A stretch of DNA of 64,000 nucleotides from positions 13,774 to 77,773 of the forward strand of contig JAHFGL010000008.1 of the NCBI GenBank assembly GCA_023247445.1, read 5' to 3'. The DNA comes from Candidatus Omnitrophota bacterium (GTDB lineage: Bacteria; Omnitrophota; Gorgyraeia; Zapsychrales; Zapsychraceae). Shown here piece by piece: positions 1-9,891 of the stretch. The translations under genes and the position numbers were made by a program. Position 1 is the stretch's first letter. Every line of letters starts with the position of its first letter. The notes under the pieces were generated by a model, which was not told the DNA's origin, did not search any database, and saw only the letters and a list, made by a program, of their open reading frames with translations.

Positions 1-412
1 TGATTTCCTTGACAATAAATTCGATCTTGTTCATTCAAGTGGGATTCTCCATCTTAATTCCCGTTACCGGGATATTGTCAAAGAAATGTACAGAGTCTCT
101 GCAAAATATGTTTTATGCGACTTTCGGCTTACCGAAGGTTCTGATGTAATTGGTGAAATGGATGTAAATTTAGTCGGGCAAGAGAAATCTGTAGGAGCCC
201 TGCCTTATATTGTGCTCAATATAGAGCGCCATCTGGAATTTCTTAAGGCATTGCGACCTGCTGCTCTTTCAATTCAAGTCAGAGGATACGCGCACCCTCC
301 TTCAAAATTGGCGCGGATTAAAGTGGGCCGCATCTATATGGCTTTTTTTCTTATAACAAAAGAGAATTCGGCGAATCCTGCCACAAAAGTTGAAATAAAT
401 TTAAATGAGTGA
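1..412 (+). CDS. SAM-dependent methyltransferase, C-terminal fragment (5' end cut by the window edge)
   Basis: Open frame from nt 2 with no stop (DFLDNKFDLVHSSGILHL...), resembling the end of a class I methyltransferase fold. Ends TGA at 412, overlapping the next start. Confidence 0.35.
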   Translation, partial: DFLDNKFDLVHSSGILHLNSRYRDIVKEMYRVSAKYVLCDFRLTEGSDVIGEMDVNLVGQEKSVGALPYIVLNIERHLEFLKALRPAALSIQVRGYAHPPSKLARIKVGRIYMAFFLITKENSANPATKVEINLNE

Positions 413-1503
413 TTTTTATGATTGAACCCAAGGCACTTTTAAAAAAAATATCCCGAGTCTCTGGACATGGTGAGGCACGTATTGGCCGGGCTATGCGTTT
501 GGATCGCAACGAACGGACAACGCCATTAGCTAAGGATATTGTTGAAGCCGTATGGTCCCAAATTTCTCCGGAAGAAATTGTCGCTTATCCCGAACTGGAG
601 CCGCTTTATCAAAAACTGGCGCGATTTTTGAATGTTCTTCGCCAGAATATTCTTCTGTGCAGCGGTTCTGATACGGGTATTAAGAGTGTCTTTGAAACAT
701 ATGTGCAGCAAGGCGATGAAGTGGTCATTTTGACACCGAGTTATGGAATGTTTTCTGTCTATTGCGATATGTTTGGAGCCACGAAGATTCTTATGCACTA
801 CGATGAGGATTTTTTTCTGCCTGTAAAACGAATAACTGAGAAAATTAATCCCAAAACAAAGCTTGTCATATTAGCTAATCCTAACCATACCGGAACGGTT
901 ATCCAAGAGAAAGATATCCATTCCATCATCGAATACGCGGCCCAGTACAACACCCTCGTTCTGGTCGATGAGGCTTATCACCATTTTTATCCAGAGACCA
1001 TTATTTCTTATATCGGCCAATATGATAACTTAATTGTGGTCCGTAGCTTTTCTAAGGCTTTTGGCATTGCGGCGTTACGTGTAGGATATCTTATAAGTCA
1101 GACACAAAATATTCAAAATTTAGATAAAGTGCGATTGACGCACGAAATTACCAGTGTTTCGGCGAAGTTCGCGGCGTATCTTATTGATCATCCAGAAATT
1201 TATCAGGCATATGTGAAGGATGTTGAAGAGGGAAAAAGTTATATTGCCAAAGAATGTCAGAAAATAGGAATTACGGTGCTGCCATCAACGACTAATTTCT
1301 GTTTTTTTCGTCTGCCTGATTTTTGGGACGCGAAAGAAATGGTTCTTAGCTTAAAAAAACGAGATGTCCATATTAAAGGGCCGTTTCAAGAGGTTCCTCT
1401 TAATGGTCTTATACGGATTACCCTTGGTCCCGAAAAGCAGATGCGGGAATTTATGAATATTTTTAAAGAAATTTTAAAGGAGTGTCAAATTGAAGCGAAA
1501 TAA
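409..1503 (+). CDS. Class I/II PLP-dependent aminotransferase, histidinol-phosphate aminotransferase (HisC)/CobD-like
   Basis: Contains the SFSKAFGIAALRVGYLIS motif with the PLP lysine typical of HisC and threonine-phosphate decarboxylase. 364 aa. ATGA overlap with the upstream gene. Confidence 0.75.
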   Translation: MIFMIEPKALLKKISRVSGHGEARIGRAMRLDRNERTTPLAKDIVEAVWSQISPEEIVAYPELEPLYQKLARFLNVLRQNILLCSGSDTGIKSVFETYVQQGDEVVILTPSYGMFSVYCDMFGATKILMHYDEDFFLPVKRITEKINPKTKLVILANPNHTGTVIQEKDIHSIIEYAAQYNTLVLVDEAYHHFYPETIISYIGQYDNLIVVRSFSKAFGIAALRVGYLISQTQNIQNLDKVRLTHEITSVSAKFAAYLIDHPEIYQAYVKDVEEGKSYIAKECQKIGITVLPSTTNFCFFRLPDFWDAKEMVLSLKKRDVHIKGPFQEVPLNGLIRITLGPEKQMREFMNIFKEILKECQIEAK

Positions 1504-2287
1504 TTCTACCATCAAAAAAAGAACAAAAAGAATTCCAGTCCTTGGGGCTATCCCCGCCAGAATGGGTTCCAGCCGTTTTCCCGGGAAACCTCTAAAACTT
1601 ATCGCTGGAAAATCCATGATATGGCATGTTTGGCAGCGGGCTTTGTTAAGTGGTGTTCTGGATGACTTAGTAATTGCCACTTGTGATGAGGAGATTAAAA
1701 CAGCCGCTGAGGAGTTCGGGGCGAAAGTTGTAATGACCTCCGACAAACACACGCGGGCTAACGATCGGGTCGCTGAGGTCGCCAGTAAAATTCCCTGCGA
1801 AATTATTTTAAATATTCAGGGGGATGAACCATGCTTGAATCCACAATTAATCCGCGATGTGGTTAACCATATTCGTAAAAATCCGCATGTGCAATGTTCG
1901 AATCCCGTGGCGGTTATTGAAACAAAGGAAGAAAGAGAAACCCCCCATGATATTAAGGTTTGTTTTGATTTAAATGGAAGAATTGTTTATTTTTCCCGCT
2001 GTCCGGTTCCCTCAGATTCGGTCGTTGAGAGAAAATATCCTTGTTACCGGCAGATCCCTATCTTGGCATTCCGGAGTGAATTTTGTCAAAAATTGGCTAA
2101 GCTTAAACCGGGGCCCCTAGAGTTGCAGGAAGGCACCGATTTATTGCGGGCGGTTGAGCATAATTTACCGGTTCATATTTTAAAAACGAAATATCAAACC
2201 AAAGGCGTGGATATCCCTAGTGATATCCAAGAAGTGGAGAAACGCATGGAGAAAGATCCGATTTACAATCGGTATCGTTTCAAATAA
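1490..2287 (+). CDS. CMP-ulosonic acid synthetase family cytidylyltransferase (KdsB/NeuA-like, CTP_transf_3)
   Basis: N-terminus IPVLGAIPARMGSSRFPGKPL matches the KdsB/NeuA signature (IIPAR..S.RlPgKpL). 265 aa. Confidence 0.75.
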   Translation: MKRNNSTIKKRTKRIPVLGAIPARMGSSRFPGKPLKLIAGKSMIWHVWQRALLSGVLDDLVIATCDEEIKTAAEEFGAKVVMTSDKHTRANDRVAEVASKIPCEIILNIQGDEPCLNPQLIRDVVNHIRKNPHVQCSNPVAVIETKEERETPHDIKVCFDLNGRIVYFSRCPVPSDSVVERKYPCYRQIPILAFRSEFCQKLAKLKPGPLELQEGTDLLRAVEHNLPVHILKTKYQTKGVDIPSDIQEVEKRMEKDPIYNRYRFK

Positions 2288-2306
2288 CCATCAAGAGAGA
2301 TTACAA

Positions 2307-3407
2307 ATGAAAAAGAATATTAAAGTGGCGATTATTGGGTGCGGGCGGGTTTCTTTCCATCATGCAGAGATGCTGCGTGATGTATCCGAGGTTAAAGTAG
2401 TGGCCTGCTGCGATTTAATTAAAGAAAAAGTCGAGAAATTAGCTGGTGAACTTAACTGCCGGGCTTATCTTAATTATCATGAGATGTTGCAGGAAGAGGA
2501 AGTTGATCTTGTGACATTAGCCACACCCACTGGCGTCCATTTTGAGCATGTTCAAGATATATTAAACCATTATAAAGTGAATATCCTTTTGGAAAAACCG
2601 ATGGTTCTTAAAGTCTCGGATGGACTTGAATTAAAACGTTTAGCTGTTCAAAAAGAAGTACGGATATTTCCTGTCTATCAAAATCGTTTAAATAAGTCGG
2701 TTCAAAGAGTTAAAAGTGCCCTTTTGAATGGAGAACTGGGGGATATTGTATTGGGAACAGTAAGGGTTAGATGGTGCCGGCCCCAAAGGTATTATGATCT
2801 GGCCGCTTGGCGGGGAACGTATTCGATGGACGGCGGAGCGTATGTCAATCAGGGAATCCATTTTATTGATATTTTGAGATATTTGGCTGGAGAAATTCAA
2901 GCAGTGAACTCTTGTTTCGCTCGGCTTGGAGCTAAGCCTGAGGCTGAAGATACAGGGGTAAGTTTGCTTCGTTTTGAAAACGGCGCTTTAGGTCAATTAG
3001 AAATAACGATGGCCGCGCGTCCTCATGATTATGAAGCTTCTATTTCCATCGTTGGAAGTAAAGGATTGGCTGTTTTGGGAGGATGGTGCGCGAATAAGTT
3101 ATTGACGTTTTCTCCAAACCCGGAGGATGAACAGATTTTTAGTGAAGAAGTGCCCATGGCTTATGGATTTGGACACCGCGAGGTTTATCGTAGAGTCGCG
3201 AAGGTTTTATTAGAAGAAAATAATCCGCCAGTTGAATTTGAAGATGGGCTGAACACAATACGTTTACTGCACGCTCTTTACCGCAGTAACGAGGAACAAA
3301 AATGGATTAAGTTAGCCGATCAACTGGAATCGTTTCGTTTGGGGGAGCGCAATGAAAAGCTTTTAACCCCTTATCTAATCAAACCTCCACTGGTAAGTAC
3401 TAAATAG
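2307..3407 (+). CDS. Gfo/Idh/MocA family NAD(P)-dependent oxidoreductase
   Basis: N-terminal Rossmann KVAIIGCGRVSFHHAEML, a conserved EKP motif and ~365 aa. Start ATG 2307 with an AAGAGAG RBS. The track ORF extends upstream to 2220, inside the previous gene. Confidence 0.75.
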   Translation: MKKNIKVAIIGCGRVSFHHAEMLRDVSEVKVVACCDLIKEKVEKLAGELNCRAYLNYHEMLQEEEVDLVTLATPTGVHFEHVQDILNHYKVNILLEKPMVLKVSDGLELKRLAVQKEVRIFPVYQNRLNKSVQRVKSALLNGELGDIVLGTVRVRWCRPQRYYDLAAWRGTYSMDGGAYVNQGIHFIDILRYLAGEIQAVNSCFARLGAKPEAEDTGVSLLRFENGALGQLEITMAARPHDYEASISIVGSKGLAVLGGWCANKLLTFSPNPEDEQIFSEEVPMAYGFGHREVYRRVAKVLLEENNPPVEFEDGLNTIRLLHALYRSNEEQKWIKLADQLESFRLGERNEKLLTPYLIKPPLVSTK

Positions 3408-3413
3408 GAAAGC

Positions 3414-4472
3414 ATGGTATCCACAGATGAAAAATTAAAAGTCGGAATCGCCGGATATGGCGTTGTCGGTAAAAGAAGAAGACAATTTATCGATCAAAAT
3501 CTCCATATGAAGACTATCGCGGTATGCGATAAAACGCTGCGTAAATCAGATCTTTTTATCAATGGCGTTAAATGTTGTCGTCATTATAAAGAGCTTCTTA
3601 AAACTCCCTTGGATGTTTTATTTGTGTGTCTGCCTAATTATTTAGCCGCGGAGGTGACGATGGCGGGGTTAGAGAAGGGACTGCATGTCTTTTGTGAAAA
3701 GCCACCGGGACGAAGTGTTGCGGATATCGAAAAAGTTATTGAAGCCGAAAAAAAATATCCAAAGTTGAAATTGAAATACGGTTTTAATCATCGTTATCAT
3801 GATTCGGTGAAAGAAGCTTTAAGGATTATTCAGTCCAAAGAATTCGGCGAGATTATCAACATCAGGGGTGTTTATGGAAAAAGTAAAATCATTTCTTTTG
3901 CCAGTGGATGGCGCGCTAAACGCAAATACGCCGGCGGTGGGATACTCTTAGATCAAGGTATTCATATGGTGGATTTGATGCAGTTATTCTGTGGGAAATT
4001 TGTTGAGGTTAAAAGTTATGTTTCAAATAGCTATTGGCACCACGATGTCGAAGATAATGTTTACGCCATTTTGCGTGATAAGAACAATCGTATTGCTATG
4101 CTTCACTCGAGCGCCACACAATGGCAGCATCAGTTTTCTTTAGATATTACTTTAACCAAAGGATCTCTAAGGCTGCAAGGGATTCTTTCCGGCTCTAAAA
4201 GCTATGGACAAGAACAGCTCGTTAAGGTCCGCCGCAGTGAGGCGGATATCGGCACGCAAAGTGAAGAGGTCATTAATTATCTAAACGACAATTCCTGGCG
4301 GGATGAAGTCAATGAATTTGCCGATAGCATCGTTAATGATAAGCCTACCTATGCGGGAACAATCTTTGATGCCCTTTCCACTATGCAGTTAGTGTACAAA
4401 ATCTATAGCGCCGATGCCGAGTGGAAAGAGAAATTTCTCAAAGAAGATTCCGCTAAGATTTTAACAGTTTAG
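3414..4472 (+). CDS. Gfo/Idh/MocA family oxidoreductase
   Basis: KVGIAGYGVVGKRR Rossmann, CEKP motif, 352 aa. Confidence 0.7.
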   Translation: MVSTDEKLKVGIAGYGVVGKRRRQFIDQNLHMKTIAVCDKTLRKSDLFINGVKCCRHYKELLKTPLDVLFVCLPNYLAAEVTMAGLEKGLHVFCEKPPGRSVADIEKVIEAEKKYPKLKLKYGFNHRYHDSVKEALRIIQSKEFGEIINIRGVYGKSKIISFASGWRAKRKYAGGGILLDQGIHMVDLMQLFCGKFVEVKSYVSNSYWHHDVEDNVYAILRDKNNRIAMLHSSATQWQHQFSLDITLTKGSLRLQGILSGSKSYGQEQLVKVRRSEADIGTQSEEVINYLNDNSWRDEVNEFADSIVNDKPTYAGTIFDALSTMQLVYKIYSADAEWKEKFLKEDSAKILTV

Positions 4473-4486
4473 AAATAGGAGACACT

Positions 4487-5107
4487 ATGAATACATTAGA
4501 AGAAATTTTTAGAGAGAGCAGTCTGCAGACAGATTATTTCAAACGGTATTGTCATTATCTGCAAAAATTGATTTCTGAGATTGATGTTGAATCGGTTAAA
4601 AAAGTTGTGGATTGTTTTCTGGAAGCTCGATGTAATAACAAAACAATTTATTTCGCTGGTAATGGCGGCAGCGCGGCAACGGCCTCGCATTTTGCTCAGG
4701 ACATGGGGGAGATTGGAAGAAAAATCCGCGGCAAAGGCTTCCGAACGCAGAGTATCAATGATAATGTCGCCGCGCTAACGGCTATCAGCAATGACTACAG
4801 CTACGATAGTATTTTCTCTATGCAGATCCAATACAACTTTGACGAAAAGGACATTTTAGTTGTTATTTCAGCCAGCGGCAACAGTCCGAATGTCATTAAT
4901 GCCGTCAATCTGGCTAAAGCTAAAGGCGGAATAACAGTTTGTTTGGTGGGATTTGATGGTGGTCGTTTAGCCCAAATTTGCGACCAGGTCATTCATATCC
5001 AAAGCAAAAAAGGAGAATACGGTCCCGTGGAAGATATTCACCTTATTTTAAACCATATGATTGTTTCCTACTTGATGATGGAATTAAAAAAAGAGAGTGT
5101 GTCTTGA
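4487..5107 (+). CDS. gmhA: SIS-domain sedoheptulose-7-phosphate isomerase (GmhA family)
   Basis: GNGGSAATASHFAQD, ISASGNSPNVINA and VGFDGGRLA align motif-by-motif with E. coli GmhA. 206 aa. Confidence 0.75.
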   Translation: MNTLEEIFRESSLQTDYFKRYCHYLQKLISEIDVESVKKVVDCFLEARCNNKTIYFAGNGGSAATASHFAQDMGEIGRKIRGKGFRTQSINDNVAALTAISNDYSYDSIFSMQIQYNFDEKDILVVISASGNSPNVINAVNLAKAKGGITVCLVGFDGGRLAQICDQVIHIQSKKGEYGPVEDIHLILNHMIVSYLMMELKKESVS

Positions 5108-6030
5108 AACACAAAGTTCTTATATCGACATCAACTTTTGGAGTATCCGATGACACGCCTTTAAAACGGCTTGCCCAAGCGGGATTGGAGGCCAACATTA
5201 ATCCCTACAAGCGTAAACTTTCTAAAGAAGAATTGCTAAATTTGTTGCCTGAGGTGACAGGATTAATCGCGGGCCTGGAAACATTAGATGAGGAAGTAAT
5301 GTCCCGGTCGGATTTAAAAGTTATCTCGCGTTGCGGGTCAGGATTGTCCAATATTGACATGCGGGCCGCAGAGAGATTAGGCATTAAAGTATGTAGCACA
5401 CCGCGGGCGCCGACGCAAGCGGTAGCGGAATTAACAATCGCCTGTCTGTTAAATTTATTGCGAGGAGTTTCCACCATGGATCAGGATTTACATCAAGGCC
5501 GTTGGAATAAACAGACCGGATTGCAATTAGAGGGCAAGACTATTTTGATCGTAGGCTGGGGCAGGATCGGACGGCGTGTGGCTGAATTGTTAAGACCGTT
5601 TCATGTGCGGATTATCGTTGTGGATCCATTTGTGCAAAACATTACCAAGCAGTTTGAATTTTTAACGCTGGCTCAGGGTTTACCTTTAGCGGATGTTATT
5701 ACCCTGCACTGCAGCGGTGAAGATTGTTTTTTTTCCGCTGGCGAGTTTGCTTTGATGAAAAAAGGAGCGTTTCTTTTGAACGCGGCCCGGGGAGGATTAA
5801 TTGACGAAAAAGCGTTAATAAAAGCCATTGATGAAAGACTTGTTGCCGGAGCTTGGTTGGATACTTTTGAACAAGAACCTTATGTGGGAGAATTAATGCG
5901 TTATCATCAGGTCCTTTTGACGCCTCATGTAGGATCTTACACCGAAGAATGCCGAAGGCAAATGGAGTTAGAGGCGGTTGAGAATCTTATTTTTGCTTTT
6001 GAAGAAATAGAAAGTCGATGTCAGATATAG
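5104..6030 (+). CDS. D-isomer-specific 2-hydroxyacid dehydrogenase (phosphoglycerate/erythronate-4-P dehydrogenase-like)
   Basis: NAD-binding motif GKTILIVGWGRIGRRVAELL plus a catalytic-domain R/E/H pattern. Probable TTG start at 5104 after an AAAAAGAGAG RBS. The track ORF start at 4978 overlaps gmhA. Confidence 0.7.
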   Translation: MKHKVLISTSTFGVSDDTPLKRLAQAGLEANINPYKRKLSKEELLNLLPEVTGLIAGLETLDEEVMSRSDLKVISRCGSGLSNIDMRAAERLGIKVCSTPRAPTQAVAELTIACLLNLLRGVSTMDQDLHQGRWNKQTGLQLEGKTILIVGWGRIGRRVAELLRPFHVRIIVVDPFVQNITKQFEFLTLAQGLPLADVITLHCSGEDCFFSAGEFALMKKGAFLLNAARGGLIDEKALIKAIDERLVAGAWLDTFEQEPYVGELMRYHQVLLTPHVGSYTEECRRQMELEAVENLIFAFEEIESRCQI

Positions 6031-6764
6031 ATCTGCTGGAAAATTTAGATATCGCTAAAGTAGCGGCTAAGACAGCTGGACAATTTCTCATCAAGCAACA
6101 GCATTTGGCTCGACGTGTGTCTCAGGAACTCTTTCATGATGTGAAAATCAACGGAGACGTTGAGGCCGAGCAGATCATCCTGGAATATTTAAGGAGGCGC
6201 AGTAATTTTGCCATATTATCAGAAGAAACAGCTTCGCCAGATAAAGGGAATCAAGATTATCGTTGGATTGTTGATCCCATTGATGGGACTTTAAATTATT
6301 TTCAAAAGATTCCATTTTGTTGTGTTTCTATTGGTCTTTGGCAAGGGCAGAAGCCAATTTTAGGAGCCGTTTACGATTTTAATAGAGATGAACTATTCTC
6401 AGGAATCGCTGATGAGAAGGCATGGCTTAATGATGTTTTTGTGAAAGTGAGCAAAACCAAAACCAAAGAAAAAGCGGTTCTCTGTACAGGCTTTCCGGCT
6501 CTCACAGACTATTCTCAGGATGCTATACAAAATTTTGTCAAACAAATACAGAATTATAGAAAGATCCGTCTTTTGGGTTCCGCAGCTTTATCCATTGCGT
6601 ATGTCGCCTCAGGGAAGGTAGATGCTTATTGTGAGCGTGGTATTATGCTTTGGGATATCGCCGGTGGGATTCCTTTGTTGTTGGGCGCTGGTGGAAAAGT
6701 TCACATGGAAAAAGCAACCGAAGATAACAGTTTCAATGTTTATATCAGCAATGGATACATCTAA
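6018..6764 (+). CDS. Inositol monophosphatase family phosphatase (SuhB/CysQ/HisN-like)
   Basis: WIVDPIDGTLNY metal-binding motif. 248 aa. Confidence 0.7.
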   Translation: MSDIDLLENLDIAKVAAKTAGQFLIKQQHLARRVSQELFHDVKINGDVEAEQIILEYLRRRSNFAILSEETASPDKGNQDYRWIVDPIDGTLNYFQKIPFCCVSIGLWQGQKPILGAVYDFNRDELFSGIADEKAWLNDVFVKVSKTKTKEKAVLCTGFPALTDYSQDAIQNFVKQIQNYRKIRLLGSAALSIAYVASGKVDAYCERGIMLWDIAGGIPLLLGAGGKVHMEKATEDNSFNVYISNGYI

Positions 6765-6798
6765 TCCGATGTGAAGCAGAAAGTCATGGGTCATAACT

Positions 6799-7893
6799 AT
6801 GCCAGATTATTGTGAGTATTCTTTTTCTGCCGATTTTGTAAATCGGCTGCGTAAGTACGTAACATCAAGGGAATACCAAGATGTTGCAACTTATTCAAAA
6901 AGCGAATACTGGCAGCATTTTTCCGATGTTATTGACATTCGTTTCCTTGATAACAAGGTCATGTTAAAGGGGGAGTCAGGCTTTTATATCCCACAAAGAA
7001 AAGATGTGCAGAAGAGAGTCAAAAGAAATGTGACTAAGCTCATTCGGGAACCTTTGAGTTTAATACCATTTTTAAGAAGGAAAATTGGAATGCAGACATC
7101 AGAGATAAAATTATTAAATTATTTTGATGCTTTTGATAAAGTGATGGGCCACGATCGTGTTGCCAATATCGTCCTATCTCCCAATCGAATTAATTTCAAG
7201 GAATTGGCACAAAAACCGGGAATAATTTCTTCTGTTGATGATATGCGCCAGCAATTTTTTGCAAAAGACAAGTACAGTTTAAATGCTCAGATAGTTGAAG
7301 CTTATTATTATTACAACCTGTTGTCTGGTTTTCTAGACCCGACTTCAATTAAAACAGCATTGGAGATAGGTGGGGGAAACGGTAACCTGGCGTCATTATT
7401 TTATAGTTCAATGGATAATTGTACCATCATAAATGTAGATTTGCCCAAGACGCTTTGTCTGGCCATTGTGTTTATCGCAGATTTATTCCCGCAGGCAAAA
7501 ATGCTGTTGCCTCATGAAGAGCGTTCACAAGATTTGAATCATTACGATTTTATTTTTCTTACACCAAAGCAAATTTATATGATCGAGGATAACACCATTG
7601 ACTTGGCGATTAATACCGATTCATTTCAAGAAATGCCTCATCGGCAGATTAGTGAATATTTTAAGTTAATTCAAAGATGTTGTAAGAAGAATGCCTATTT
7701 CTTTACTTCTAATAGAGTAGAAAAGATTCCTTGTGGGCCCAATAATCAGCAAGAAACTTCTGAAACGCCCACCCGCTTTTCAGACTATCCATGGGATTCA
7801 GCCAATGAAGTGTTGGTTTACGAAATATGTAGACTAAAGAGGTTAGTTCAATTAGATGATGTGTTTATTCGTCTGGAGAGAGTAAAAAAATAA
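6799..7893 (+). CDS. Putative SAM-dependent (sugar O-)methyltransferase
   Basis: LEIGGGNGNLA looks like glycine-rich motif I of class I methyltransferases, followed by acidic INVDL. Otherwise unrecognised. 364 aa. Confidence 0.4.
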   Translation: MPDYCEYSFSADFVNRLRKYVTSREYQDVATYSKSEYWQHFSDVIDIRFLDNKVMLKGESGFYIPQRKDVQKRVKRNVTKLIREPLSLIPFLRRKIGMQTSEIKLLNYFDAFDKVMGHDRVANIVLSPNRINFKELAQKPGIISSVDDMRQQFFAKDKYSLNAQIVEAYYYYNLLSGFLDPTSIKTALEIGGGNGNLASLFYSSMDNCTIINVDLPKTLCLAIVFIADLFPQAKMLLPHEERSQDLNHYDFIFLTPKQIYMIEDNTIDLAINTDSFQEMPHRQISEYFKLIQRCCKKNAYFFTSNRVEKIPCGPNNQQETSETPTRFSDYPWDSANEVLVYEICRLKRLVQLDDVFIRLERVKK

Positions 7894-7935
7894 TTTTGTT
7901 GGATCTAGAACATCATATTGTAAAAGTTTACTTAT

Positions 7936-9891
7936 ATGTCTGTTGTGGAAAACAAAGGAGAACATAAAATTTTATGGGTATGCTGGGAGAAACCGGATAT
8001 TTCTCCAACGGCCGATATGGTGGCTTTAAGCTTTCTTAAACCCAGCGTTGAAGACGGGTTAAAGGGGCAATGGTCAGTTCCTTTGATTTCAGCGCGAGAA
8101 GTTGTTTCCGAGGTTAAAGAAAAAGCCTTAAATTTGTATATCGATATCATTGCCCAAATAGGCATCGTATCTTTAAATGGCATGACATTTCGCAAAGCTT
8201 TGTGTGGCAGTGATGAAGTGAGTTCTTGGTGGTTTCATAAAGCAGCCTGTAAGGATTGTGAAAGCGAACCGACATTTAATCAGATCATTCAGATTCTAAC
8301 TATTCAGCGGATTGCTCAGGAATATCAATGCACGGACATTATTCTTTGCGGCGGGCCATATGAAATCGCACAGGTTTTAAGCAATATGTTTCCCATAAAG
8401 ATTTTAAATTGTAAAAAGCAATCTTTATTATTTCTCTGCGGATTTTCACTGCTTCGCCGGTTTAAGTTCGTTCTGAAATTTTTATACGAGTGGATGTGTC
8501 TTAAGCGCTGTGTTTGTATTCCCGAGAATAGTATAGATATATTATTTTCCGGTTTCTGGGATTGGAGTGTCAAGGAAAATCCTTTAACGGCTAAACTCGA
8601 AGATCGGTATTTTCGGGCCGTCCCGGAAAAATTGCATAACCAGGGTATGCGGCTTGGTTGGTTAACATGGTTTTATAATAATTATGAAACGAATAAACCG
8701 CGACGATCCATTTTTAAGGTTATCGAACCTTTGGCGAAACATTCCCGCATTATCATCGCCCAATGTTTCTTAAGCATAGGGGAGATTTTTCGATCGGTGA
8801 CGCGGTTTAAGCCGTTCTTTACTTTTCTAAGGTATCAGCACCAGGAAGCGTTCAAAAATATTTTTAAACGGAACGGTTTAAATTTTTATCCGCTCCTCAA
8901 GAAATGGCTGTATGCCGGGTTTTTAGATGGGACACTTCCTTATCATGAATTAATTTGTTTGGCTCATAGAAAGGCAGTTCAAAAATATCAGCCTAAGGCC
9001 GTTGTGAGTTTTCTTAATTTTTTCCCGTATGCCCGTGCGTTGTGTGCCGGTGTCAAAAAAGGGTGTCCTTCATGTGCGGTGTATGATATGCAGCACGCGA
9101 GCTATGCATGGGAAGATACTATTGGAAGGCTCGATAGCCGTTGGGAATTCGATGGCATCCCGGATGGATGCTCAATACCGCATGCGGATTACATGTTTGT
9201 GATGGGGGAATTAGGCAGGGATATTTTTATGAAAAGCGGGTTTTCGGACAAACAAATACTATTGACAGGGTCATCCCGTTATGACGAGGCATCTTCGGTG
9301 GATGTGAATAATGGCCGAGACCGCAAATTTGGGAAAAATATTCTTATCGTGGCCGCGCTCAATAAGGAATTGGAGTTGGAGATGGTCGATTGTGTCTATA
9401 TGGTATTTTCTCAATTTCCCGATGTGTCAATTCATCTGCGTTCCCATCCTTTTTCTGATATCCGCTCAGCCATTCAGGCTCAACGATACGGGGACAAAAT
9501 TCATGTTACTTCTGGCACGGCACTCCATGAAGATTTGTCCCATGCCGATATCGTTATTTTTTCATATTCCACGGTTGCGGAAGAAGCTTTTATTCAAGGT
9601 GTTCCGGTTTGGCAGTGGATTTCCACGGGATATAATGCCTCGGCCTTTAGAGATATTAAAGTAGCTCCTGTTTTTTCTTCCGTTAAAGGACTTATTCAGT
9701 TGTATAAACAGTTTTTAAAAGATCCTCAACAGTTTATTCCGACTGTTGAACAGCGACAATTGGTCAAGAAAAAGTGTTTTTATATTAGAGAGGATGGTCT
9801 TCCTTCGGATAATATTGTAGAAGCCTTGGTTTTACAGTGTGGAATAGGAAAGGATCGCAATATTCCCGAACAAAAGGTGACGGTGGGATGA
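7936..9891 (+). CDS. Hypothetical protein with a TagF/KpsS-like GT-B C-terminal domain (possible CDP-alditol or CMP-sugar transferase)
   Basis: 651 aa. The C-terminal HADIVIFSYSTVAEEAFIQGVPVW parallels the TagF 'ADILITDYSSVFFDF...KPIIFY' motif. Confidence 0.35.
   Translation: MSVVENKGEHKILWVCWEKPDISPTADMVALSFLKPSVEDGLKGQWSVPLISAREVVSEVKEKALNLYIDIIAQIGIVSLNGMTFRKALCGSDEVSSWWFHKAACKDCESEPTFNQIIQILTIQRIAQEYQCTDIILCGGPYEIAQVLSNMFPIKILNCKKQSLLFLCGFSLLRRFKFVLKFLYEWMCLKRCVCIPENSIDILFSGFWDWSVKENPLTAKLEDRYFRAVPEKLHNQGMRLGWLTWFYNNYETNKPRRSIFKVIEPLAKHSRIIIAQCFLSIGEIFRSVTRFKPFFTFLRYQHQEAFKNIFKRNGLNFYPLLKKWLYAGFLDGTLPYHELICLAHRKAVQKYQPKAVVSFLNFFPYARALCAGVKKGCPSCAVYDMQHASYAWEDTIGRLDSRWEFDGIPDGCSIPHADYMFVMGELGRDIFMKSGFSDKQILLTGSSRYDEASSVDVNNGRDRKFGKNILIVAALNKELELEMVDCVYMVFSQFPDVSIHLRSHPFSDIRSAIQAQRYGDKIHVTSGTALHEDLSHADIVIFSYSTVAEEAFIQGVPVWQWISTGYNASAFRDIKVAPVFSSVKGLIQLYKQFLKDPQQFIPTVEQRQLVKKKCFYIREDGLPSDNIVEALVLQCGIGKDRNIPEQKVTVG

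Noticed and set aside
5-17. 13-mer TTCCTTGACAATA (contains TTGACA), also present at 51061-51073 in the promoter region
   Set aside because: At the window start it lies inside an open coding frame (DFLDNKF) with no convincing -10 at the right spacing. The shared 13-mer is most likely coincidental.
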